DNA of 64,000 nucleotides, taken from Eledone cirrhosa. Taxonomy: Eukaryota. Location of the stretch: assembly GCA_964016885.1 (NCBI GenBank), contig OZ024743.1, positions 341,186,001-341,250,000 of the forward strand, written 5' to 3'. Under the pieces are notes generated by a model. The model was not told where the DNA came from and searched no databases. It saw only the letters and a program-made list of their open reading frames with translations. Shown one piece after another: positions 41,317 through 54,800 of this stretch. Made by a program: the position numbers and the translations under genes. Every line of letters starts with the position of its first letter. Positions within the stretch are counted from its first letter, which is position 1.

Positions 41317-42620
41317 TGCTTCTTCTCCCCCTCCTCTTCCTCCCTCTGTTTACTTCACATTCTGAACAACCTACTTCACCCATCCAATCACCCCCCCCCC
41401 CCTCACACACACACACACATAATCCTTCTGAACAACCATCTTAGAGAAACTATAAATAATATTAGCAACCAAATTTATCTGAGTTTCTGCTGATTTCTAA
41501 TGACCGAAACAGATCTAATCCTGTCGAAATCACTTCTCCATAAATCCTAAACGGACGGTAGTCCGTTTAGTAATATTGTTGTGGTCGTGTTTTCGTTGGC
41601 AATCGTCTGTTTACGACGGTACAGCGCGGCTCTACTTTTTTAACTGAGATAAAACTTATATGAGCATGAAAGTAGATCATTATGCATCTTTTGGCTTAAA
41701 AATCCAGAAATATGGTCCAGCGGGAAAAAGTTTATAATCAAAGTTTGCTGATAAATCTTGTGTTCAAGTGAGTGAGTAGTAAGTGTGACGCTAGGGGAGG
41801 TAATCCAGAAATGACGACGTTTGGAAAAGTTTAATTACTGCATGAAAGAAATGATTCAAAAATTGAACTTGCCCAATCTTCACAACCTTGAAAATTTTAA
41901 ATTTAAATTTTATTAAATAGTTGTTGCTTGCATTGCCTTAAAATAGTAACAAGAATGTACACATACTTTTTAAAAATACATCATTATCAGTCAAATCAGT
42001 CAAATGTCACTAAAAGCCAGGTGGTCCATAACAACTTCTATAAGATTAGTTACATGCTCACACATTGGATCACCTCTCATCAATGGTGTCTGAGATAATC
42101 GTGGAGATAACTGATGAAGTCACAAATGAAGTGATGGTCTTCCAGTGTGAACAACTCCCTATATCCATTGATACATGTGATGGCTTCTGATTCATAGGTG
42201 CATTTTATGAGGAATTCCATGCATCCGATTTTCAGTGATTCAATGGGCATTTTATCAGAGATGATATTTGACCACGTTTTGCTTTGTAAGTAAATTGGAG
42301 AGAATCACTGCAGTCAAAGTCATTTCTTTGCATGGTTTTTTGTACATTCTAAAAAGTTAAAATGATAAAGTATTACTACTATATAACTTACATCTATTGT
42401 TGTAACACCATTGAAATGCACAAGTTTCACCAATTCACTATTATGCACTAATCATCTCAAATGCATTCATGATTTACTAGCTTTGTCATTAAGCCAGTTG
42501 CCTCAACTAGATTGCAATTATACTCAAAAGAACTTTAAAATGTCAATCACTTGTCAGTAATTCACTATGATCATTTAATTATTAGATAGTTGTTGCTTGC
42601 ATTGCCTTAAAAAATAGTAG

Positions 42621-43696
42621 ACCAGATAGAAAAATGCGTACAGCAAAAAAAAGTAATATTGTTGGAATATAAACCTTTAAAAATACAGGACAAGAAACTA
42701 AAATAAAACTTTAAAAGAATAGGACAAGAAACTAAGATAAAACTTTAAAAGAATAGGACATGAAACTAAGATAAAACTTTAAAGAATTGTACAAGAAATA
42801 AAAAATGTTACAATAATATTAGTGGCAACATTTTTTTATTCGTTTCCTGTGCTATGCCCCAGTATCTTCTTGATTAGTGCATAATAATTGTCATGCTCTC
42901 ATTATGCGTTGGCCCTGAGCGGTTGGTTCTGGTTGGGGTTGGTTGGCTGAGCAGTTCTGCTCCGTCAGAATGATCATTGCAAGAAGAATTGGCCGATGCA
43001 GCTGCAGGTCTCCTCCAAGAATGCACTTCTGGTCGCAACACCAGACGAAGATGGAGAAGACGACCGGGACAAGATGTCGACTCTGACCACCGACTACGGC
43101 ACCTCCCTCAACCACCGGTCCTCCCTCCCTCTGTCCCGTCATCCCTCCAGTCCTCCTGCTCCCCTTTCCTGTACCAGAAAGCTGTGGCACGCAACATCTG
43201 GACTGCCGGACTTGAACTCAAGGACAAGATGCAAGGAGAAGATGGACGGGTTGGTCAAGATCAAGGATGAGCGGGACGACAAGACCATCCGCTGCTGCTC
43301 AAGATCTGTGCTCATGGGCATTATGCATGACACATGAGGCGTGTCGCTGAATGATGAAATAGGGGTATGGTTATGGCCCAATTGGTGTTCAAACCAGGAT
43401 CAAATGATCCCCCCGGTCTGACGACGACCTCTGAATGTGGAACCCAGAACCTATGAATGTGGAACTCGATTTTTTACCAATAAAAATTTTGCCACTAATA
43501 TTATTAAAACATTTTTTATTTCTTGTCCAATTCTTTAAAGTTTTATCTTAGTTTCTTGTCCTATTCTTTTAAAGTTTTATCTTAGTTTCTTGTCCTATTC
43601 TTTTAAAGTTTTATTTTAGTTTCTTGTCCTGTATTTTTAAAGGTTTATATTCCAACAATATTACTTTTTTTTGCTGTACGCATTTTTCTATCTGGT
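42621..43696. mobile_element. Unclassified element with ~220-bp inverted arms enclosing a GC-rich core
   Basis: Arms 42621-42840 and 43479-43696, with internal ~31-bp sub-repeats. No clear TSD. Confidence 0.7.
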
Positions 43697-43757
43697 TAAA
43701 GATGCGTATGCTCTACCAACACATTGATTAGCTTTTTTAATTACAGTCAGCCATAAT

Positions 43758-43847
<90 letters not shown>

Positions 43848-43940
43848 TGTAAAAGGTAAACAGAAATAACAAAACAATCGGTACAGTAGAAATATATGGA
43901 AGAAATATATTAGGTTAACGTTTGAAATAGCAGGAAGAGG

Positions 43941-43978
43941 TTCTTAACGTTTCCGACGCTAGTCCTTCATCAGAAGAA
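43941..43978 (-). ncRNA. Minimal type I hammerhead ribozyme (family D) in element ~43846-44085
   Basis: TTCTT-CTGATGA-AGGAC TAGC GTCG-GAAA-CG-TT-AAGAA; homolog at 48401-48436. Confidence 0.7.
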
Positions 43979-44104
43979 AGAATGAGAAATAAGATAGATA
44001 GAAGGGACAGGCGGAGTGGAATTGGAAAAAATGTCTTTAGATAAAAATAACAGTTCCATTCATGTTGACATCTCTTGGAAAACTCATATATATATATATA
44101 CGTA

Positions 44105-44258
44105 TATAGAAAAAAGAAAAAAAATATGAAATCGAAAATGCAACTGCAGTGTTATTTAAAAAATATATATATATATTTATTTGGTTCCTTACCGGTTCCG
44201 CAGTTCTTCTGCTTTTCAAAAGTAGAGTTGAGATGGAGGATCTGTGGTTTTTATCAAA
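44105..44258 (-). mobile_element. Family E element copy
   Basis: Reverse-complement homolog of 22205-22345. Confidence 0.75.
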
Positions 44259-44278
44259 TATATATAACGAGAGAGAGA

Positions 44279-44341
<63 letters not shown>

Positions 44342-45914
44342 GAGAGAGAGAGAGAATGATAATATAGTCGTCTCAGGAGATAGAAAAAGTGGTCAGAGGC
44401 ATCTACGAGATATCGAAATCCGCCTCTCTAAGATATCCCAATTTATATTCGTTCTTTCAATTCCGAGAGAATTTTTTCAAGAGAGTAAAGTAATTTTTCG
44501 CCTTTGTATTTTGCAGTTAAAGTGCCTTTATTAAATCTCGAGAGATCTCCAAAAAACGAAATTGTTCGTCAGCAGAGTAGTTTAAGATTATTTCTAACAT
44601 TTTTTTGTCGTGTGTTTATTCCATTTTCCCATGGGATATTAATCTGACTCTGAAAAAAAATATATGTATAAATACATGTTCTGTCCTTACTACCTCTCAT
44701 CACACCCAGAGGAAATTAAACCAACTCTATTTAGTCGACAAGAAATGAATATTTGTCGATAACTCTGAGAGCAATATCCCTTTTGTAATTCTGAATTAAA
44801 ATTTTTTTCCGAGACAAGATGCTTCGCTTTCATAACAACACGAAATTTGTGCTGGAATTGTTATTACTTTCCCGCAATATCCATTATATTATACACGACA
44901 CGACGATACAAACTTGTATTTTAAACAGTGTTTCGTTTAAATATTTTATTATGCAGAAAAGATGATTATTGTAAATTTTATTCCAGTAGAAGATGACATT
45001 TTTTGTAAACGTTGGTATTTATCTAGGTGTTTATCAACATTTACGATTTGAGAAACGAAAGCCGCTGTTATTATGTTGCATCTTTTAAAAACAAATGGAA
45101 AAATGCATTTTTATGTTATCTTTCATCAATACAAAAATAGTTATCGTGTATTTGTAAATGTTAAATGTTTATTTTTCATATCAAATAGAATTCTGATAAT
45201 TATTAACATTTAAACGAATAGATGCAATACTTTTTTATGAAATCCTTTGAAATTGTCATTAAATTAGTTAGTTTAGATAGAGTTCTTGGGAATCGTAATG
45301 TATAGATATTGCTAATATTTTATATGAATATTTGTAATATAATATGACACTGGCCTAACGAGTATAGGGCATTTAATTACGTCAATTTGTGTTATGAGTT
45401 TAACCCTGAGCGAGGCTGAATTTGACTGTCACCAATCACGAATCGATAATAAAATTATTAGTCAAATGGATTCGATCTGATGAATCTCAGACTTGCCACT
45501 ATAATAGAAATAGATTGTACAGCATCTAAATGTCTTCAACATAAATGGTATACCAGTTCAAAATATTTCCTCGCGCGTTTATATATTACAGGATTATTTT
45601 AAATTCTAAGTTTAAAGTATGGGCTAACATAAGTCTGATTTGAGATTCCTTTCAAAGTTTCATAACTTTCCGATTGAGCTATTCGATTTATAACCATGTG
45701 GGTTATCAGTGGATATTATAGTGCAGCAGATTGGGCAAGTCTCTTCCACGACCAAATAAAGTGTTCAGTCATTGGTGAAGCTGTTTTCCATCAATGGCGA
45801 AACACACACCAAATGGCTTTATTCGATTATATCTACCAGAGAACTTTTTTGCGCACACACACATACACACACGCGCACACAGTCACAGGCCCCCCTCCCC
45901 CCACACATATATAT

Positions 45915-45957
<43 letters not shown>

Positions 45958-45966
<9 letters not shown>

Positions 45967-46655
45967 CGTCCCTTCACGCACAAGGCGCCAAGGTACGCAT
46001 GTATTGTCCAACCAAGTGCCAGTGTGGTTCAATGGCGGGTTAATAAATTAACGAGCCAGAACAAATATAAACAAGGTTTAGTAAATAATGAAAAAGTTTC
46101 AAAATAAATTTTAAAATTTTTTAAAATTTTTTAAAATTTATTTTGAAACTTTTTCATTATTTACTAAACCTTGTTTATATTTGTTCTGGCTCGTTAATTT
46201 ATTAACCCGCCATTGAACCACACTGGCACTTGGTTGGACAATACATGCGTCCCTTGGCGCCTTGTGCGTGAAGGGACGTATTTCATATTACTACTACCTC
46301 CACAAACGTTGAGAACAAACCGGGTCATTCCGACTGCTGCTGACAACAGCGGTGGCTAGTTTGACCTACCTCCTTTTGCCTCTATCTTTACTACGGCCCT
46401 TGATAAACCTGTTCTACATCATCCACTCTCATCCCAGGAACAGTCTTTGATAGCGCTAGTTTGTGATTTAAATTCAGGAATTTTATATTCTTTGAATGAA
46501 AAGAACCTTCTGACGAGAATCTCTCTTTGCAACGAAGGCCGTATGGTCTCCGTTTTATTTTTGGGATTCGAAACCGATCGGTAAAGGTAACTATAGTAGG
46601 TAAAGTCAATTTTTTAAAATTTATTTTGAAACTTTTTCATTATTTACTAAACCTT

Positions 46656-46660
<5 letters not shown>
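45958..46660 (+). mobile_element. Retrozyme-like element: ~483-nt monomer with terminal redundancy and a 160-bp 5' fold-back, in (TA)n
   Basis: Arms 45958-46117 and 46128-46288 (one mismatch); direct repeat 46125-46179 / 46608-46662. Confidence 0.85.
46505..46588 (+). ncRNA. Intact type I hammerhead ribozyme
   Basis: Stem I ACCTT/AAGGT, core CTGACGA, stem II GAATCTC/GGGATTC, GAAA, palindromic stem III CCGATCGG, GTA triplet (predicted cleavage after 46583). Confidence 0.85.
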
Positions 46661-46704
<44 letters not shown>

Positions 46705-46967
46705 ATAAACAAAACAATATAATTATTTCATTACCGAAGATTTCAAGAAACTAGATGATTCTTGCAAGAAACATCCAGTTTTTTGAAACCTTCGGTAATG
46801 AAGAAAGTGTATTGTATTGTTTATTATGTAATTACATAGCTCTGTACAATAATAGAGCACTCTTCTTTCCTTTACCTTTTCTACGGAAATACTTAACACA
46901 AACGCACACACACGCCTACACACACCCACACACGCCCCCCCCCATGTATATATATATATATATATAT

Positions 46968-47290
46968 AATTGGTGTTGGATGCTTAAAGCGTTAGTATGC
47001 GGTAGGCCGTATGAGCACTCGGCGCTCTCCTAAAGCGGAGTATGATATGACAGAAAAAAAGAAAATCAGTGTTGCGACGAATGGAATTTATTGGACATAT
47101 TACAAACGTTTCTCTGGCGACCAGCTCGAGGCACGATCGATGCGATGATCGAACCTGACTCTGAAAATCGCAAAGTCCTCAGATACGTCTTGATTCTACG
47201 AAGCAGATTTTCCTGGTCGCCAGAGAAACGATTGTAATATGTCCAATAAATTCCATTCGTCGCAACACTGATTCTCTTTTTTCTGTGATA
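46968..47290 (-). mobile_element. Family C element with complete HHR and 5' inverted arm
   Basis: Arms 47050-47124 and 47213-47287; (TA)n flanks. Confidence 0.8.
47094..47189 (-). ncRNA. Type I hammerhead ribozyme (family C)
   Basis: GACGTAT-CTGAGGA-CTTTGCGA...TCGCCAGA-GAAA-CGTTTG-TA-ATATGTC. Confidence 0.75.
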
Positions 47291-47724
47291 TATATACATA
47301 TACATATATACATATATATATATACGGTTGCTCTTTTGCATGTTTCTTTCACCTGTGTCTTCCCATGATCGGACCTGTACACCTTCTTTTTCTTATTCTT
47401 TTTCTCCTATTCCTTTCTTATTTTTCCCCTTTTCCCTTCCCCCTTTCTTCCTCTCTCTTCACCCCCCTCTATGTTCTTCCTCCTTACCCTATCTTTCCTT
47501 TTCTCTCCCCTTTTTTCCCTCCTTTTCCACCTGGCCTTTTTATTAATAAAAGGCCTCGGGCGCGCCCGAACTACATCGATGTCCTGTAATTCAGCGCCGG
47601 AACATAAGGTCGGGAAACATTTACAGCTGACGATGGAAAGTTCTTTCTTCCTTTACTCCTCCTGTTCCGCCCTAACTACCATCCTAAGCCTTGTTTTTAG
47701 TAACCACACAGCTCCTTTCGTTTC

Positions 47725-47770
<46 letters not shown>

Positions 47771-48400
47771 CATATATAACGGACTTCTGCACAGTTACAA
47801 ATTTAAAACAGAAGGTGGTAGTTAAACACGCGTTATTGTGGAAGATAACTGTTTTCGATCATACAACCATAGTTACAGTAATTTTTTTAATTTTAATATT
47901 GTATCAACATATTAACACAAGAAGAATGACTAAATGACAACGTCCTTTATTATTTCAGGAAACGTCCAAAATACATCTAGCTGCCGTTTGATTCCAGTTT
48001 TCCTGAAGATTCCGAACAGGTAATTTTAACAAAGTATTTTGTAATTTCTTGTTCTTGTCAGCCTAGGTCAGCTCCCATGTAGAAGATCAATGATCAATGA
48101 TGCTCTATTTGTGACCAATCTTACATTCCCTCTTTCAGGAATCGTGAAAGAAGACCATGTTACCACATACGTTGTTAGCCTTTTAAGAACATGATTAGGT
48201 ATAAGAAATCTTTATCTGCTATTTCTAGCACTTTGTAGATATTTTCTTGTTGGTTCTATATCTAGTATGTAATTATTTATATATATATTTGTTTTCTCAT
48301 ATTCTTTCTCATTTTATTCTCATTTTTTCCTTACACTTTTCCCGTTCGCTCCTTGTCTCACTCATTATCTTTCTCTTTCGTCGTTTTATTCTTAATTCTA

Positions 48401-48436
48401 TCTTCCGATGACTGACTAGTGTCCGAAACGTTAAGA
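48401..48436 (+). ncRNA. Minimal hammerhead motif (family D, mutated) in element ~48285-48522
   Basis: TCTT-CCGATGA-CTGAC TAGT GTCC-GAAA-CG-TT-AAGA. Confidence 0.6.
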
Positions 48437-50171
48437 CTCTCTTCCTGTTTTATCAAGCTTTAAACTGATATATTTCTTCAATGTACTGTGTCGTTTGCTT
48501 TGTTATTTCTGTTTATGTTTTACACACACATGCGCACACACACACGCACACGCACACGCACACACACATATGTCGTAGAGCATGAAAGTTTAATGGTGTT
48601 CTTATTTAGGAAGATGTAAAATGTATGCTGCGAGGGGCAGTGTTTTTTTTTTTCTATGGGAAAGAAGTTCCTCAGTACTGGTGTGGATAGTGCTAAGTTG
48701 AATGAGACACCCGGATATGTTATTTATGTATGAAACTTTTTCTATAAATCCACTACTGTGTAGGGCTTGGTTATATAATAAGCGGCAGACTCAATAAAAT
48801 ATATGTATATATATATACACTATCAACTATTCATAGAAACTATTGAAAATAAGAGAAAATAACTTTTGCGAAACGTGACTACTATAAATATGTGCAAAAG
48901 TGTGAACATCTGTGTATATGTGTGTGTATGTGTGTGTGTATATGTGTGTGTGTTTGTGTCTGAGCGTGCAGGTATGCGTTTGTGTGAATAAATATGTCCA
49001 ATGATTTCATACACATAAATCAATCAACTGAAATCCAATACAATTATTGTGACTCTTGACAAGAGTGACAGATGGAAGTAGGTGGAATGAGAGTTTTGGG
49101 GAATATGAGCAAATGTCTGAGTTTATACAAATGAAATATCTGAAGTAAATGAACATATGATTGATAATAGTGTTAAGCAGACATAAAACATTTAATTATT
49201 AGTAGCCTACTAATAATCTATTACAACGCATGTAAGCAAACGTTGATGCGAAATAACAGCATATTAAATAAAAATATAATTTATGAATCTGATTATCTTC
49301 CTTATCTCCCGTTTTCATTTGCTCAAGTTTTTAAAACGATAAACGAAACAAAGAATATTAAGAAAATAAAGAAGCAACAGCATTAGGAAAAGGATAATAT
49401 GTGAAAGAAATAGTAATTAGTCATACATAATCATGAAAGTAATATTTATTATTTTTTCCAGTAAAACTAATTATTTAGCTAAAGAAAATGATTAGTTAGA
49501 ATTTAAGCATTGTCGTGTGACGAAGAAATACATTTCACAGCCACGAGATTCTGTATTAGATGCTACTTCTTTGCGCCTTAGGCAAGTGTCTTCTACAATA
49601 GTCTCAGGTGTTGACAGATATATTATGAAGGAAATTGTCCGGAAACCCCTCCAATATGCATCCGTGTATATAGGTGTGGACAATGATTGATAAATCGGTA
49701 ACAGAATAGAATAGCATTTATTGGTATTTAGTTATAGTCAAACAGATTTAGGCTGCGAATTGGCAGAGTTGTATGAAGGTGTGTTGAAGCTAATGAATTA
49801 CTTCATAGGAGAGTAATTTTAGCCATTCAAAATACTCAAAATATATGATTTTTAATTTAAACTTATTTCATACTCTTCGGAACCTGCTCACTGATAAATT
49901 TCACCTGCTATGTGATTTGCAATGAAGTCAGTGAACATGCTCGAAAGAGTACGACGAAAACTTTGACACCACGTATTAAATCAAACAAGACTATAGCTGG
50001 TTTGCTTTTTGTCTTTTTTGAATGTATAAAATGACCCTACATATGCCTTGATATTTACACACAAACACACACGTACACAACACGCACACACATACAGACA
50101 GACACACACAACACACACACATAGACAAACACACACACACACGTACGCACGCACACACACACACACGTACG

Positions 50172-50263
<92 letters not shown>

Positions 50264-50530
50264 GAGAGAGAGAGATAACAAACTACACAAATGAAATTTT
50301 GATAACAAAAGTATACGTAATGCCCGAAAACAAATGAAATTTGACACAATAAGTTATTAAAAACGAAAGAAAATTCGAGAGAAGACAGTCATTACCTGTT
50401 GAAGATTAATCAAATATTGGAAAACGATAGATTCTTCCATAGAGTATCGCGTTAAACAATTGGATTTTCAGATATAAGTAATTAATAAGACAAGGAGCAA
50501 CATAATCAATGTCGACAAGATACTGTAAAG

Positions 50531-51420
50531 CAGGGGTTCTCAACGTGGTCCATGTGGACCACTAGTGGTCCACAGGAAAATTCAGGTGGTCCACAGAAAG
50601 AAAAAAATTAAATTCTTCCGTACACGCACACGTCACACCAACGAAACATGCCTCATTACACCTCGCACATGTGAGTGCACTTGAGAGCACGCCTATCCTA
50701 TTGGACGATTAGCTATCCAATCATACACGGACGCGTACAGACGTTAGCGCGCATAAAAACACACAACAAATCGCGTGTATTCGGCCGGTCAACACGATCG
50801 TGCTTTCTACCTGACTTTTGAATTGAGGATTACTAGCGAAACAACAGTTCTTACGGCATACCCAACATAACATATTATCTCTCCAGGTACGTATATTTTT
50901 ACGCAAGTGTTAGTCTAATTGTAGAATGTAGAAATTTTGTTGTCAGTGATATGGAAAAACGCTCTCTAAATTCTTCGTTCAGCGAATCGGAAAAACGATT
51001 TTGTTGACGATATAACTCAGATTATATCAGATATGGTTTTTTTATCCAACGCAGAATATCCTTCATTACCACAGTGTAAATGGTATTGACCAATCAAATC
51101 GATCCTACCAATTAGAAGTAGAAACTTATTCTCAACATCAATGCTTCATATTGGTCGCTGAGATATGAAATCGAAAAAATTCAAATTAATAACGAATAAG
51201 TTATGCGTTGTTTGGTGCAATAGCAAATTCCTTTTTGATCCATGCATTTGATTTAAAGCGCTGTTCTTATTCTTCGCATAAGTACGACTTCAGCTGTTTA
51301 TTTGCGTAGATTTTTAGGCACTGCGACATGATAATAGCATTTTCTAATTCATTAGGTGGTCCACAGGAAAAGATTACTTATTTTGATGGTCCACAACGAA
51401 AGAAAGGTTGAGAACCCTCG
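50531..51420 (+). mobile_element. hAT (Charlie-like) non-autonomous DNA transposon
   Basis: TIRs CAGGGGTTCTCAAC / GTTGAGAACCCTCG, perfect 8-bp TSD CTGTAAAG, subterminal GTGGTCCAC repeats, transposase N-terminal remnant RYNSDYIRYGF. Confidence 0.9.
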
Positions 51421-51514
51421 CTGTAAAGTATTATAGCTATTTCACCAATATCATTTTACATGACCGCATTACCAGTTGCTCCATAGATTTCCTACCAAAG
51501 TATCCATTATTATT

Positions 51515-52205
51515 ATCGGTAGAGGGATCGGACGCCATGCTTTGACGCATAAAGTTACGGCTCTTGCCATTCTGAGTTCAAATCCCGCCGAGGTTAACTT
51601 TGCCTCACATCCTTACGGGGTCGATAAAATAAAGTACCAGTAATGCACTGATAATTTGCTGGACTTGTGCCAAAAAGTAGAAACAATTATTATTATAAGG
51701 AGGCGAGATTTAGCTACGTCTCTTTACATTCTGAGTTCAAATCTCGTCATGGTTAAGTTTGCATTTCATCCTTACGGGGTCGATAAAATATAGTACCAGT
51801 AATACACTGGAGCCGAGTTAATCGACTTTCCCCTCACCCCCAAATTGTTGGCCTTGTGCCTAAATCAGAAACCATTATTTATCTATAACATCATTGTTTC
51901 CCTTCGCCAACTTATGTAACTATCAATAAAAAATAGAAACAAGCAAAATCACAGATTTCGAATTGCGGCTAAAACTAATATAATGTAATTCCAAGAAACC
52001 ATTGTTATAATGATTGGTTGAGCATTGGAAAATATTCTTTGCAGCATATAGTTACGTCCTTTTATGTTTTGTGTTCAAATCTCTCGGAGTTTAGCTTTCC
52101 CTTTCATCCTTACGGAGGTCGATAAAATGCACTGGGGTCAATTTAATTCGCTTTCCCGCAAAAATTTTGTCTAAATCAGAAATTGTGTCTAAATCAGAAA
52201 CCTTA
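51515..52205 (+). mobile_element. Three SINE family B copies
   Basis: Core at about 51575, 51735 and 52075. Confidence 0.8.
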
Positions 52206-52354
52206 TAATGATTGGTTGAGTTTCTCTACATGTCTGATTTCGAATCCGGATGAACTAATATTTGCCTTTCATAATTTCTGATAGACAAAATAAAATACCA
52301 GCTATGTACTGACTATATATTACACTGTTTCCCGTTTGGAGGTGTCTCGTATTG

Positions 52355-52529
52355 CAGGCCTGCCAACCTCTAAAAACCCGAACGGGGAGAACCATGATAA
52401 AGGTGCCCCCAAACGGGGAGAGATGAGGCAAAATAGGGAGATTTTACTTAATAAAAGATATACCCATTTTTACCAGAGAAGACATCTCTCACCCAGCCCA
52501 AAGTGGAACGGGAAGAGTTGACAGATCTG
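52355..52529. mobile_element. Small MITE
   Basis: Imperfect TIRs CAGGCCTGCCAAC / GTTGACAGATCTG; flanking direct repeat CGTATTG. Confidence 0.6.
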
Positions 52530-54800
52530 CGTATTGTGTCTATGTAAGATGATAAATAAACTTGGAAATACGGGGGTTTAAAATAATAGCTAAGTATAAT
52601 AAATGTACAAGTAATGTGTAATATATACATACTGTAAAGTAACCGAAACTGCAGTATGTTCTGTAGTCAATAGTCTCCTCCACAGTTTAGTGGAAATTAC
52701 TACAAATCAGTATACGTTCAATTTGATCTTAATTAAACTTGACGATATATAATGAAGGCCTTTATATGATTGTGCAAAAATGTTACCACTTAACCTGTTA
52801 GAAATAACAGTTATATTCTTATAGATTTTTATAAGTTATCTTACTTACAAACCGAAGACCATATTAGATCTTGAATGAGGTCTTGAATGCATCGGGTTAG
52901 GAATATAGATGAGATGAAAAATAGGATCGCTAAATCAGGCCTTTCGCGGGCCCAGACAATAACCTTCCGACGATGTGTTATTTCATTGTATAATATCAGC
53001 AGTTAAATAATAGCCAGCCGCTAGAAACTAACAATAATTTTTAGCATTTAGTTTGGAGAATACATAATACGAAAATAGAATAGACATTGATTTACAGTAT
53101 TTGATGAAGAAAAGACAAGACGAATAACTGGTTGAATTCAATGATCACAACAGACATAAAAGATTCACGAATACTTTGCTAACTTTAAAAAATATATTTA
53201 TATAATTCAGAGAACTATTTAAAATACAATTTATCAAAAACCGTAAGCTAGGTGAAATAACTAACATAAAACATACACAAACTATATATTTGACATGTCT
53301 ATGGACATGCATATTTAATACACACAAAGCTAAACAAGAACTGCTACACTGAACGACAAAAACAAATATAAAAGATTGTCATTTTCAGAGAATGGGTCAA
53401 TTTCATATTGATTGGCACAATAATATTATCTTTTTCACTTCATCTTTTTTTCCCCTTACAAAGTATGATTTAGCTTTGAGATTTTACGTCAAAATGTTAT
53501 TTTGTCTCAGCAGACAACATTTATAAATGTTTTTCAATTTGATGGCATTTCTAAAATGCTTTACATATCATATGTACGTTTGGATTTTGACAGCTACAAA
53601 GAAGAGAAAAAAGATTGTAAAATATCAGTATGACATATATTAAGGAAATCCACTTATGTACATTACAATTATAGTTTAAAATATTTCCTTATATTTCACA
53701 GGTTATATAATGTAGGTGTTGTTGTTGTTGTTGTTTAGTAACAGGATCATGGTATCCCTGGTTGAGCAGCATGTAAGCTGTTTATTTATTTGATATACAA
53801 ACAAAATAGATTACATTATCCAATGTGTCCTTTATTTAATTAAGAGTGCGAATGTGATTACACACAAACTAGGCTGCCATTTCCAGCAGAGCTAGAGACC
53901 AACCAATGTATCCCATTAATTTGCGAACATTCCATAATACCAGTCTCATTATTTCCCTCACATTTATATTATTGACTCTGTGGATCCCAAAGAGATTACA
54001 GATAAGAAGATAAACATTCTCTACTATCTCTTAATACACGACAAACAAATCTTATACCCAGAAAAGGTTTTGATGGACAATTCAGTACATATAGGTCAAC
54101 AGACGAAAAAGAGGAGTGATTAGGCGCCAACTACATATTAATTGGCAGTACTAGCAGGCATCATCATATGACAACGTAGTAGATAGCACATGGTGTATAT
54201 ATTTCAACGTTTGATTAAATAAATTTAGATTTTAAGTTTTCCTATTCAACAAATAAGTTATTTCCGAAGTGTAGCCTATATCTTCGGTGCGACATGTTAC
54301 CAGGTTAATACCCAATGACTCTATAGCCCTGTATCTATCTTATGTCTGATACTACTGTTGCCATGTTAATAGGCAGTTTGCCCCTCTCCATCTTTTCCCT
54401 TACTTCGATGACCAGTAAGTATTAGATTCTCCAGCAAATCCTATTTTTGTTGAATAAAATATATTCCAGGATCATTTCCTCTTTGGTTATGTTCATGGAC
54501 GAAAAACATGACCCTTTTCGTATCCTTATGGAGTGAGCAAACAAGATAGAGGACCGAAGAACGAAGAAGAATGTTGTTGTCTTACCTCAGTGTTCTAAGG
54601 AAGTGGAAATCCACCCTAACTTAAGAATGTCTCATATTATTCGATTAAATGCACTGGGGTCGATTTAATCGACTTTCCCATCCCCCTCAAATTGCTGGCC
54701 TTTTGCCTAAAGTAGAGACAATTATATTTTATGCGAGATACAGAGCATCTCGGGATATTCAAGTCTAGAACATGTCTCTATATCAAATTATAAAATCAAA

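Noticed and set aside
42686-42800. CRISPR-like regularly spaced repeats
   Set aside because: These are tandem sub-repeats without unique spacers, in eukaryotic DNA with no cas genes.
43418-43470. CTGACGA inside the TIR element
   Set aside because: No GAAA or stem III follows (GGAAC instead).
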